From: Vermamoeba vermiformis
Lineage: Eukaryota
Assembly (NCBI GenBank): GCA_045837725.1
Contig: JBEWZL010000243.1
Span: 186,001 to 250,000 of the forward strand
Length of the DNA stretch: 64,000 bases
Direction of reading: 5' to 3'
Both the position numbers and the translations under genes were made by a program. The notes under the pieces were generated by a model. The model was not told the origin of the DNA, did no database searches, and worked only from the letters and a program-made list of their open reading frames with translations. This document shows, piece after piece, positions 1 through 12,305 of this stretch (positions are counted from its first letter, which is position 1; each line of letters starts with the position of its first letter).

Positions 1-498
1 GAAGAGGGTCGGATCTGAAGAGATCGCGGATTTCAGCTACGAAAAACGGTGTCAGATTGACATTCGTGGCCACAATGATGTATAAATACCCTTTTAGATT
101 TGCGCACATCTATATTATCTTCTGCAGGCCTCTTCTTTGTTGGTATGTGGGATTCTAAACCGGATTGAGATCGATCGAGTTAAATTGAATTAAATATCTG
201 CTTACTGTTGACAGAATCCACGTAATTTTGTAAAATTATTTTATCCTCATCTGGTAGGTCTGCGTGGCCAATAAAAGCAGTAATCGAAAGTGGCGGCTCT
301 GCCTAAAAAATTGTTAGATCGGGTCAAATAAACACCGTGTCAAGGTACCTTGTAGCAATTTAAATGGATAAATTTTGTCGCGGTGTAGCCCATGTATCCA
401 CGTTCTGACAATGGTACTCTGAGTGCGCCTTTCGCAATCGTGGAATCGCAGTAGATGCACTTGGCTCGCGAAGTCGGAGATATTTCTATGATTGGCAT
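1..498 (-). CDS. PARP-type zinc finger protein, 5' part only (runs off window start)
   Basis: ATG at 498. Spliced translation MPIIEISPTSRAKCIYCDSTIAKGALRV...KFIHLNCYK|AEPPLSITAFIGHADLPDEDKIILQNY... matches the zf-PARP pattern (SxRAKCxxC..IxKGxLR..HxxC..GxxxLxxED), followed by a basic linker (KKRP, RKSKR). GT-AG introns. Confidence 0.75.
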
Positions 499-641
499 TG
501 GTGGTTGCTTCTTGCTTGTATATGGCCTACAGCGAATTTTTGTGCATTTTTGTAATTTAATTTTGGTAAAATCCCATCGTGCAGGGAATTCTCGGAAAAA
601 ATATCTACGGATCCGTAGATAGTTGCAACGAAAAGTCCTGT

Positions 642-2170
642 TTACTTTCTTACGTGAAACTGCTTCAACCATCCTTCAAGCAATTCAAAATTTACAACAC
701 TTCCTCCGCACACGACAACGACAAGTCCCTTGCTCAAATCCAGATCCTTCAGCTTGCTGCAACAAAAGGGTCAGTACTAACACTAGCATATCCTTGCACA
801 TATAGTACCCTTCATAAACAGCCGCGAGACCAGCACTGCACGAAGGTTCAACGAGTATTCTGTGGTCCTCTAAGAACTGATAGCCGGCCTTGACTGCCTC
901 AGTGTCCGACACGAGTCGTGAGTGCACTGTGTGTTTCTTGGTCCACCTGCCACACGTGTCAATATATCACTGGCGCCACTGGCTAGCTAATCACTTACTC
1001 CCACGCTCCTTCGCACAATCTACTCGCACCGAGTGTCTTGGCAATCGATGTGATGGCGGGAATGGTCACGAGTTCACCTCTGTCACGTGTGATGTTAAAG
1101 ACATGTTACCGTTGTTGCTATAGCACTTACTTTTGTACGGCAGGATGTAACTTGGCAGCACCTTCAGTCTCAATAGCAATCAGCGGCACTGACTGCCATC
1201 CGACGTTGTGTAAGCCTTCAATTATTCCGCACATCAGACCGCCACCACCGACCTGTTGACGCGTGTCAGAAAAAAATCAGGATCGCGCTGCCAACAGTAC
1301 TTACGGTGCATAAAATAGCGCTCGGAGGTGTTGTTAATTCTTGTGAAATTTCTTTTACAATCGATGCATGGCCGGTCCAGATCTGTCGTTTACCCGTGTT
1401 AATCCATAATATTTGTGACTAATGTACGTACTTCAGGGTCATCAAATGGGTGAATCAACGCAGCACCCTCCTGGCTAGCGAGCTTCATAGCGAAGTCATT
1501 GGCCTCGGACCACACTGCGCCGTGCACCACCACTGGCAACATGTCAGCACATGGCAACAACTTTCAGGGCATGGCAGTACTTACCTTTAGCGCCTTCTTC
1601 TCCAATCTTGTCGCGCATCATGTGAGGCGTAGATTCGGGCACTAGTTAAATGTTAATTAAGTATCAATTGAATATCTTCAACGTGTCCATCCGCTTACCA
1701 ACAACTGTCACGGGCACACCCAACTTGCGACCAGCTTTATATGAATTAAATTTATGTCACGGTATTAATATGTCATACCATAAGCTACTGCCATGCCAGC
1801 ATTGCCTTAATTGAAGATCAGAGATGATATTCAATAGATCTCGTTAGATCGGCTACTTACCACCAGAAGACGAGACCAATAACTTAACACCTCGTTCGTG
1901 AACGGCTTTCCAACATTTAATGCCAAGTCCGCGAATTTTAAAGCTGCCTGTAACGGAGTAATTGAATTAGATCCGGATCGTTGCATACTTGAGCTATTTA
2001 CTCGTTACAACGAATTGATTTTATTATTTGTAATTTTATGCATTAATTTTACCTGAAGGTTGCAACGCATCCAATTTTAGATAGACAGGTGCGCCTAAAA
2101 TATGGCTCAATTTTGCTGACTCAATCAGCGGTGAGTTAATATGAAAATGATCGCTAGTGTGCTGTGCCAT
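642..2170 (-). CDS. L-serine/threonine dehydratase (PLP-dependent, SDS/SDSL/CHA1 family), multi-exon
   Basis: Spliced motifs KLDALQPSGSFKIRG, SSSGGNAGMAVAY, IHPFDDP, VGGGGL, TSIAKTLG, ILVEPSCSAGLAA, VVVCGGS. ATG 2170, TAA 642-644. Confidence 0.9.
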
Positions 2171-2379
2171 CTTTAAATCATGCACTGCGTTTGGCTTGAT
2201 TGACGTGGCTCATAATTATTTCATTTCAATGCTGGCGATATGTCCTTATTCGACAACAACGTTCGTCAAACATCGAATCAAACCTGTTATTTTTAACCTG
2301 CCTCAAATCTGGAAGTTTACGATAGTTGACAAGTTAATCTCAGCATACGTTTCAGTTTAAAGTTTGCAGCAGATTTTAT

Positions 2380-3493
2380 TTAGATCAAGGCTAAGCTTCC
2401 TACAACCAGGACATTTAAAGGAAATAATACAACGGCGTTCGATAGCCTAACTGGAGCTTGGATTGGCGTTTTAACCGGCTGTGCACCGATTGGTTCACTG
2501 ACGGGAGTATCTATCGGTACATCCATTGGAGTATCCATTGGCGCATCAACTGGTGGTGCAACTGGTGGTTCAATTGGTGGTTCAACTGGTGGTTCAACTG
2601 GTGGTTCAATTGGCGTTTCAACTGGAGGTGCTACCGGAGTTGGAGGATCTCCCAACTTAACTTGCAACAGTTCACCACTTATATAAGCACATTGTGGGGG
2701 GATGTCGCCGTAAGGGGAGGTTGGGTTATTGCACTTTACACTATTGGGGAAAAAGAATATTTCGATGGCGGTGCCAGCAGCATTGACTCGCAGTAACGGG
2801 TTCGTTACGATCTCGGAAAAGTAGGAATTAGGAATCGGAATTAGGAATCCGAACCGTTTTTCATTAGGAACCAAATCAAATTTCAGATATTTAAATTCGG
2901 AATGAAAAGGTTTTCGAAATCATTTTTTTGATCCGCACCCAGCTACCGTTTCTAACCATTTTATTAGATAATACTCAACTAAATATGTTATTAGACGCCA
3001 TAATTTGGCGAAATTGAGGTCTGCCATGTGGCCTCTTTGACGGAAACGGATACGACCCAATCTGGTTCCTGACGTATTTCTAAACATATATTTGTAATAT
3101 TTAAGGCCAGCTGAGTGATTTTCACTCCATCTCATCGAAAAGTTATTACATTTTCGATAAGAAAACTGAGCCACGATTCAAAACATACTTTCAAATTCAA
3201 TTCGTGACAAAGTCGGAACCAAATTGTAGGAAGAGGTTTTCCGTTCCGACTCCTAAAATTTTCCTAACTCGTAACGGACCCGCAGTAACTGGCGATTTTG
3301 GTTGGTTCCAGCACAATACGGCATCATAGAATATCCCTTGGTTTCGTTGCAATCGTGGATCACGTAACCGTTAATGGCTTGCGCAGGAGGAATAGCCACT
3401 AAGCATAAGAAGGGAAACACCAATAGCAAACAAAACTCAATAAGACGTTAGTATATTTGATTGAAATTAAGTCTTTCGGGTTACCTTGATCAT
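2380..3493 (-). CDS. Secreted/GPI-type surface protein (signal peptide, Cys-containing domain, Pro-rich stalk, hydrophobic C-terminus), interrupted by a TIR element
   Basis: ATG 3493 (MIK), intron 3436-3484, then FCLLLVFPFLCLVAIPPAQA signal peptide. Removing 2798-3281 plus one TSD copy joins NRQLLR to VNAAGTAIEIFFF in frame with ORF 2380..2874, which ends in PPVE repeats and ...VVLFPLNVLVVGSLALI*. Confidence 0.75.
2546..2636 (-). repeat. 12-nt tandem repeat encoding PPVE/PPIE/PPVA stalk
   Basis: Repeated tggtggttcaac/tggtggtgcaac units seen directly. Confidence 0.85.
2798..3281. mobile_element. Non-autonomous DNA transposon (MITE), 484 bp, imperfect TIRs, 8-bp TSD GCAGTAAC
   Basis: Left end GGGTTCGTTACGATCTCGGAAAA versus reverse complement of right end GGGTCCGTTACGAGTTAGGAAAA (19/23 identical), with a shared subterminal TTAGGARTCGGAA motif. 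Flanked by GCAGTAAC at 2790-2797 and 3282-3289. Host ORF is restored on removal. Confidence 0.88.
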
Positions 3494-3824
3494 GCTATTC
3501 GTAGTTGAAATACAATTTGTAGATTTTGTGTTATTGTTGTTGCGCGGTCAAGGCAAGTGAATTTATAAAGTCTTGAGATTTTTACACACCTGAATCAACG
3601 TATGTGCCGCTTTTTGGAACTCATTCTGGATCGCAAATTTATCGTGGCAAGTTTTTTATCCCCTACGTCAACATACCAATAGTACTCTTCGTAGCCAAGA
3701 AGTTCTCATCTGGTCGTATACTGTTGCAAAGGAATATGTCACGGCCTGTCAGGTGTGAAAAAGCCAGGATAGGAAAAAATCACTTCACACGTACAAATCT
3801 CAAGCCAAACGAAACAAAACCACA

Positions 3825-5427
3825 ATGACTGACGGACAATTACGTTTCTCTTTAGCTGAACGCAAACCAGGCTCTATTCAATCCCCTGGAGGTGGTTCTG
3901 GCAAAACAGTGGCTTTGGAGGACGAATCTGCGCGTCAAACCTTGCAAACAATTCACAAGGCCTCACCTGAGGCTCACGGCGTGACTGACTGGTATATAAT
4001 ACGTTAATATATTGTATCTATGCTGCATATAGATTTTAAATAACGCCAGACCAAAATATCGCGAGAAAATCTTTTCAAAAATATCTTGAAGAATTACTAC
4101 ACCCAATAATATAGGCGATATTTGGCATAATTATAATATTAATAATGCTAAATTTATTATTCAGGATTTTGTTGACTTACACTGGCACGGATTTGACTGC
4201 TTTGAAAGAACTTGGTCATGGTTCAGGCGGAGTCTCAGAACTCGTCTCGCATTTAAATGATTCGCTCATTTCTTATGGTCTGTTGCGCGTGGTCGATGTT
4301 GTTGACGGCATTCCTACCACCAGGTATGTAAAACAAATCCAATTTTTTTTAAATTTCTTTCAACTCCATTTCCGTTCTAATATGGCATATTTAGATTCGC
4401 CTATATTACGTGGATCGGAGACCATGTTCCTGGCGTTACTAAGGCACGTGTTGGCACGAACAAGGCCGCCGTAACTGAAATTATTGGTGTAAGTGCCGGG
4501 CAGTTTAATTATTGATTATAAGGGTACTAATAATATCATCTATAGCACTATAATGTTGAGGTTATTGCTTCACAAAAGAGCGAATTGACTCAAGATAGTA
4601 TTATGGGCAGAGTTCAAGACGCATCTGTACGGCACCCGTTAAAGCACTAGCTTCTCGTTATTAATATTTTAATAGGGCAGCAGAAAGCGCGAAGTCGAAA
4701 AAAAGACCACTACTCAACCACTGGTACGTCATTTTTATTATATTTCGGAAGTGGATCCGATTAACTTTTTTAATTCAGGTTAAAGGCACTTCAGGTCCTA
4801 CTGGTGCAGTTAAAACCACCGCTACTACACCTCGTTCACAAGTACCGACTCAAAACCAAGCTGTTTCATTCATCGATCACGAGGGCTTGAAGAACATCCA
4901 GAAAGGTGTCAGAAACGACAAAGGAACTGACGATTGGTACGTGCAATATGCATATTAATAGCCACATTATTAACCGAAATGACAGGATGTTGATTGGCTA
5001 CAGAGACAAGACTGAACTCGAGCTCGTTGGCCACGGATCTGGTGGTCTGAGTGAATTGAAGCAACATTTGACTAACGACAAAGTAATATTAATACTAGCA
5101 TTATTTATTATAATACTAACTCTATTATAGGTCTTTTATGGCTTCTTGAAGGTCCCTGATGGTATTGACGCTAGCAAGTTCTATCGCGTACGGATCCAAC
5201 TTCAAACTATTTTCATTCCTTGCTAACAAACTGCTTATTAGTTCTTCTTTATTAACTTTGTCGGCACCAATGTCTCGCCAATGTTGAAGGGTAAAATCGC
5301 CACTCACAAAGGCGCTGTATCAGAGTTCTACGAGCCATTCCATTTGTTGATTAACGCTGAAGACCCAAGCGAATTAACCGATCAATTGATTCAAGAGAAG
5401 CTCCAATCTCTTAAGGGCTCCAAATAA
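3825..5427 (+). CDS. Tandem ADF-H domain actin-binding protein (coactosin/drebrin-like, two domains)
   Basis: Two repeats of DW.L..Y...L..(V/L)GHGSGG..EL..HL (TDWILLTY...GHGSGGVSEL; DDWMLIGY...GHGSGGLSEL), each followed by F..I.(W/F).G..V....(K/R)....T.K.AV. TAA 5425-5427. Confidence 0.85.
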
Positions 5428-5551
5428 GTCTTATTGTTTTTCTATGTAATAAAGTACTCAAGATCTCGAAAAGTGGATCGAGAGAAAATTAATTTATTTA
5501 ATGAACAGACTATTTAAAAATAAAAACAATTCAGCAACGTAACTCTTATCC

Positions 5552-8500
5552 TTATTTTGCTGAATTTGATGAAGGATAATGCACAAACAAATTAATAAAT
5601 AATTTTTGACTTTCAACGCCAGCCTTAAACTCTTCAAAACTCAATTTTCCATCGCCATTAGTATCAATTTGTTCGAAGCATTGCTTAACCATTTTCAACA
5701 GCTCTTGCGGCTCAACTTTCTCGCCCTTAGATTGGAAGCTGGCTTGGAAAATATTGTAGATCTCGTCAAATGTCAAAAATCCAGAGCCATCAGTATCGTA
5801 AGAACGGAACATAACTATAAAAGGAAAGTGTTAGCACGTGACAGGTGTCGGATAGCTTATAAACCAGTACTTACATCGCATGCGCTCTTCAGGTGTGCCG
5901 CGCAAAACGGTGCTCAAACCAACCACAAACTCTTTGAAGTTTATCGCGCCGTCCTTGTCGACGTCAAAAGCAGAGAAGTTTTGTTCGATGAGCAAGGGGT
6001 CAGTGATGCCCAAGGCTCTAATACCTCGCTCAAACTCGGAGCGACCAACGCGGCCTTGAGAATCAGCTTGTTTCTGCCAGTCATCGAACAGCTGTTGAAG
6101 TTCTTCTTTGCCGACTATTGCGAGTGTTAGGCGTGATTTTAGTAGCTAGTTAAGTACTTACAGTGAGTGAGGCTCTCCATTTCTTCCAACAATGACTTGC
6201 GTGTCTCACGCTTGATGTCCTCAACGTCACCTGCGAACAGCTTGGCAGCATCTATCGAAAGATTAGTACTATGTACACAATACAATAAGACATTTAATAC
6301 TTACTTGTCAGGTCAATAGCAGCAAGAGGTGAGAAGATGTTCGTGTTCGTGTTAACGTCAGTCTCTTTCTTTTCACCATGACGTGTTCGCTTAGCACCGA
6401 CTTGCGCACCAGTAGGCTTGCCAACATCGTCCATTTGGAACATGAGTTGTTCACCGCTGGAGGTGACACCAGGAGGAGGTGTCAATGGCTTGAGCGCGGG
6501 TGAGTCCGGCGCAGAAGTGGGTTGATAGGAGTCGAGTTTGCGAGTACCCATTGGTGAACCAAACGGTGAACCCGGAGAAGCAGACTGAGTATTTTGTTAG
6601 TACATGAAATAGAACGGTGAACCACTTGATACTTACGATGCCCATATCACGGTGAGGAGCGTCACTCTTTTCAATCAAGTACAACTTGACTGTGCGGTGT
6701 TTGGCCTTATCAGCAGCAGCCAAAGCCTTTTGCAGAATAGGCTGCGAGTCAATGGTGATGTGATCGCCTTCCTCGTCTTTGTAAGTGATGTTCATCTGCT
6801 TGCCATACTTGGTTGACAGACCGTTCTGCAAGTCAGTGAATTGAATGTCACGCGGCACTTCAATGACACGAATGTCATCGCCCAAGAAGCACTTCAACAA
6901 GACCTTGTTTTGAGGCTGAGGTCCTGATGCAGCGAAGTATTGCTTCCAAATGTCCATAATCATGCTGCTCAAGTGGTTCTTGGCTGTCTTTTGGCCAGCA
7001 CGATCGAGAGCGACTTTGACTTTGTACAAAATTGACTTGACTTTGTGCTCGACAGGAGTGTCGCCAGGCTTCAATTGACCTCTCCAAGCATTCAAGTCTT
7101 CAGGCTTGCTCTCTTTCATTGCAGCTAACAGAGACTTGATCTTATCGATGCACTCCAAGTCGAATTCGAGTGCGTATTTGTTGGCAGTTTGAGTCTCTTC
7201 GCCTTCCATTTCACCAATGTTGAGAATGTTCTCGAGAGCTGTCAAAATATCCACAACAAAGTCGAAGTTGTAAGTAGGACCGCAGTACTTGTAGACTTCA
7301 GTCAACACTCTGTCGTAAGCCTTGAAGTAAATCAAAGCCTTGCACAAGTGTTGAATGGTCTCCTTGGACACGAGGTACTTGATCTGCGACGGTGTACCGC
7401 GCGTGCAGTATTTGAGTACTTTAACCAACTTCCATCGTGCGTTCTCGTCAACTGAAATCAGCTTCAAAATCATTTCCAAAATGCCACAGTTGATCAAGAA
7501 TTGAATGTGACCACGAGCATTAGCCAGTGTGCAAATGACCTCACACGCTGCGATTCTCACTGTGCTTTCCTTGTGCATCAACATCTTCTTCAAAGCTTCT
7601 AACAAATTGTTCTTCAAGAGCAACATGGTCTGATTGGCATCGTAGCGGGAAATGTCATTGATAGCTGCCAAATCGAAGCGAACAACACGCGGTGAAGGGT
7701 TGGCTAACAAATCGACCAATCGTTTGCACACAGTAGGCTCGGGCATACCAGGCAACACGAGTGCCATGGCTGACAATGTGCTCACGAGAGCTTCTTCGTC
7801 GTCAATAAACAACATGGTAGCCAATTGATTGAGTGAGCCGTGAATCTGAAGACAGCATTAATTACCATGCCTAAAAGCGATAATTATTTTGGTCTTACCA
7901 ACTCCCAAGGAGGCAATTTGTCAGCGGGGTGAGTGACACCGCAGAGCACGGACAAAGTCCAGCTGATTTTGCGCAACAAGTTGATCGGTGTTTGTAAAGT
8001 GACGAGCGAGCACAAAGGAGCCATAGCACCGTTCTGCAAGACAAAATCACGGCACTCTGGGTTCGTGGCAGCGAGTACTCCTAACACATGAGCAGCTTGT
8101 TCTTTGACTTCAATGATTGGTGACTCGAGCAGCTTGATAAATATGGGGACTGCTCCTTCAGCAATCACGAGCTTCTTGAAGAACATCTTGGAAGGGTGCA
8201 ACACTGATTCTTTGGGTGTTGAGGCGACACGAGGACCAGGGAGGAAAAATGCGATGGCTCGCAACGCTTGGAACTAACATTGTGATTAGCACGACGCTAT
8301 CTTTTTGCCCTAAATATATGGGACTTACTTGCAACAAGGGATGATCAGCACCCTCTTGCAATAAACGAATCAAGTGCGAGACCAAGTTGCTCTTGACAAC
8401 GACTTCAAAGATCGCAACAATGTCCTCAGCGACTGCTCGACGCTCCATTGGCGTAGCGAACACTTGTGTGATGGACAACAACTTGGAGAGCAGTGTTGTG

Positions 8501-9429
8501 GCTTCGAGTTGATCACTGCGGTGACCCCCGCGAATAGCATTGACGATGTGTTCGATGCGCATCATGTGTTGACGGTACTCCAACAAGAAATCGAGCTGAT
8601 TGACACTGTCAGTACGGCCTATAAATAGACCAAAAAAATAGTTGCAAAGCCTTACCTTGGATTGGGAGCTGAGACCAGACTCCATGCCCACGACATTCAT
8701 CGCGTCACGTGATGAAGGTGATTTGGGCTCTTGTTCGAAATCAGTCAAACGACCATAAGACACGCCTGTAAAGTATTAATGCTGTCATCCATTATTTGCC
8801 AAAAATAAAGACTTTGTTACCTGAACGTTGCAATTTGGTTCTAATGGCATCAAAATCAGCGCCTTTCTTGAATTGAGAAAAGAAACCTTTGATCTTTTGA
8901 TGGAATTCTTGGCGCTCCTACAGTAATTAATAACATTGTTAATTTACGTGGCTGTTTCATGAAAAGATTTCAGATCGTACTTGTTCTGGATTTAGTTTTC
9001 GTCTCTTGTTACTGCCTAATCTATTTTTATAATCTTCTTGGAGCCATTCAGTCATAGCAGCAAGAAATTCTGACCACTCGATTTGTCCTATTGAAACATG
9101 TTACTTTTTGATCCGTATAATTATTCCTGGTTTTGGTTATTACCATTTCTATCGGCATCTACGGTGAGCATAATCTAATAAAAATAATTAATTACTAAAT
9201 TACTCAAACCAAAAATAAAAATAACTGAATCCGGTTTGCATCCAGCAGTCTTTACCTGTTGGAATTCTTCTTCCGATGGGTCTTCATCCAAAATTGCTCG
9301 AATAACTGTGCGTAGTTCGGAGGCATCGATAACACCGTTGCCATCCTGATCGCAGATGGCGAAAGCCTTCTTCAATTCAGCAACTTGAATTTCTGATAAC
9401 TCTGTGCTTTGAACTTCCTCAGCGTGCAT
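5552..9429 (-). CDS. Multidomain protein: N-terminal EF-hand pair, importin-alpha-like ARM repeats, PB1 domain, C-terminal calcineurin-B/NCS-like EF-hands
   Basis: Exons join in frame through GT-AG introns from ATG 9429 to TAA 5552. EF loops DQDGNGVIDASE and DADRNGQIEWSE; ARM GAVPIFIKLLESP..EVKEQAAHVLG; PB1 LKCFLGDDIRVI...ITYKDEEGDHITI; EF loops DVDKDGAINFKE, DTDGSGFLTFDE, DTNGDGKLSFEE. Confidence 0.8.
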
Positions 9430-9926
9430 ATTAGTTAAAGAAAATAATATTTAAATATTTTTAGAATAATTTTGAACGAAGATTATTATGGTAACGTATT
9501 TCTTCTTCGAAATAACATAAAGATACGCGCTTCTAAACGCGTGTAAATAGCTCGGTAAGTCTTCGTATAAATTATATCAACGATTAAAATTGTTGAAAAG
9601 GATATCATGCTTGTTGCTGTGTCAGACGAGATAAAAATACAAAAAAGTGCGGGAAAAAAAAATCGTGTGTTGTCTGCCCCACCTTTCTCAACTGTCACTC
9701 GTCAAACATCATACGGAAACTACAAAATCAATCCCATACAGCAACGTAACGTGATCGTGCGTCCAGACAACCGTCAACAAGATCTAAAAATTGGCGATCC
9801 AACATGTCGTAATTACCGTGTCAGGATTAGCATTAATAGAAATAAATTGCAATTTACTAATATGTAATCGTTACTCGCTAAGTGCATACAATGGAAACAT
9901 TTTATAATTTTCAAAAATATTATTTT

Positions 9927-10271
9927 TTATTCCTTATTTACATTATTTAATTGCTCTTCGTGTTCTTCTTTAATACCCTTTTCTTTTCGTTCTTTTGCTC
10001 GTTCTTCTTTTAATTGCTTCATGTCTAAATATTCTTGGGCTTTACGGAAACTATTCATCACATCCTTCACATGACCCTTTCTTCCTTCAGTACGCAGTTT
10101 GAAAACAACTTTATCTACTGATGAATCAATTTCTCTGTCAAATGTATTTCGTTTAGCATCGCTGTATTGTCTGCGGGATGCGTGTAAGCCAAAAATTGAG
10201 CTGGATACAACTGTCTTCTTCGCTGCTATGGGCAGTAATAATGTTTTTGTGATGGCTTTAATAGTGGCCAT
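9927..10271 (-). CDS. Small intronless hypothetical protein, probable mitochondrial targeting peptide
   Basis: MATIKAITKTLLLPIAAKK...FGLHASRRQYS (basic, no acidic residues, R-x-Y|S cleavage-like), followed by a charged helical C-terminus. 114 aa. Confidence 0.6.
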   Translation of the reverse strand: MATIKAITKTLLLPIAAKKTVVSSSIFGLHASRRQYSDAKRNTFDREIDSSVDKVVFKLRTEGRKGHVKDVMNSFRKAQEYLDMKQLKEERAKERKEKGIKEEHEEQLNNVNKE

Positions 10272-10395
10272 TCGTGGTATTGCAATGAAAAACTTGAGTT
10301 CAACTTGGATTGTCACGAGCAAAATTTTTTCTCCGGCGAAGCGAAATCTGGTTGCAAATTTCAACTTCACAAGATGAACTTACTAATTACATTTA

Positions 10396-12124
<1,729 letters not shown>

Positions 12125-12305
12125 GCTGTTGACAAGAGCGAGATGATTTAAAAATAAAAGTTAACTTTTTTTTGGAGATCTCTTTTCCCGCTTCCTAAAC
12201 CACACCCAGAAAAATAAAACTTCTAAATTAATTGAAGCTAAACACGATCAACCACCAACTCAGACCAAGTGTAACAAGTTTAGAGTTGGTTTTGAGGCGA
12301 AGCAA

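Noticed and set aside
2546-2636. Regular short repeats resembling a CRISPR array
   Set aside because: Contiguous 12-nt coding repeats with no spacers or cas genes, in a eukaryotic context.
2458-2796. Trp-rich ORF (WWFNWWFN...)
   Set aside because: Antisense shadow of the PPVE repeat in the minus-strand gene.
2920-3174. 84-aa ORF inside the MITE as a possible transposase
   Set aside because: GTG start, short, and no DDE or DNA-binding motif recognised.
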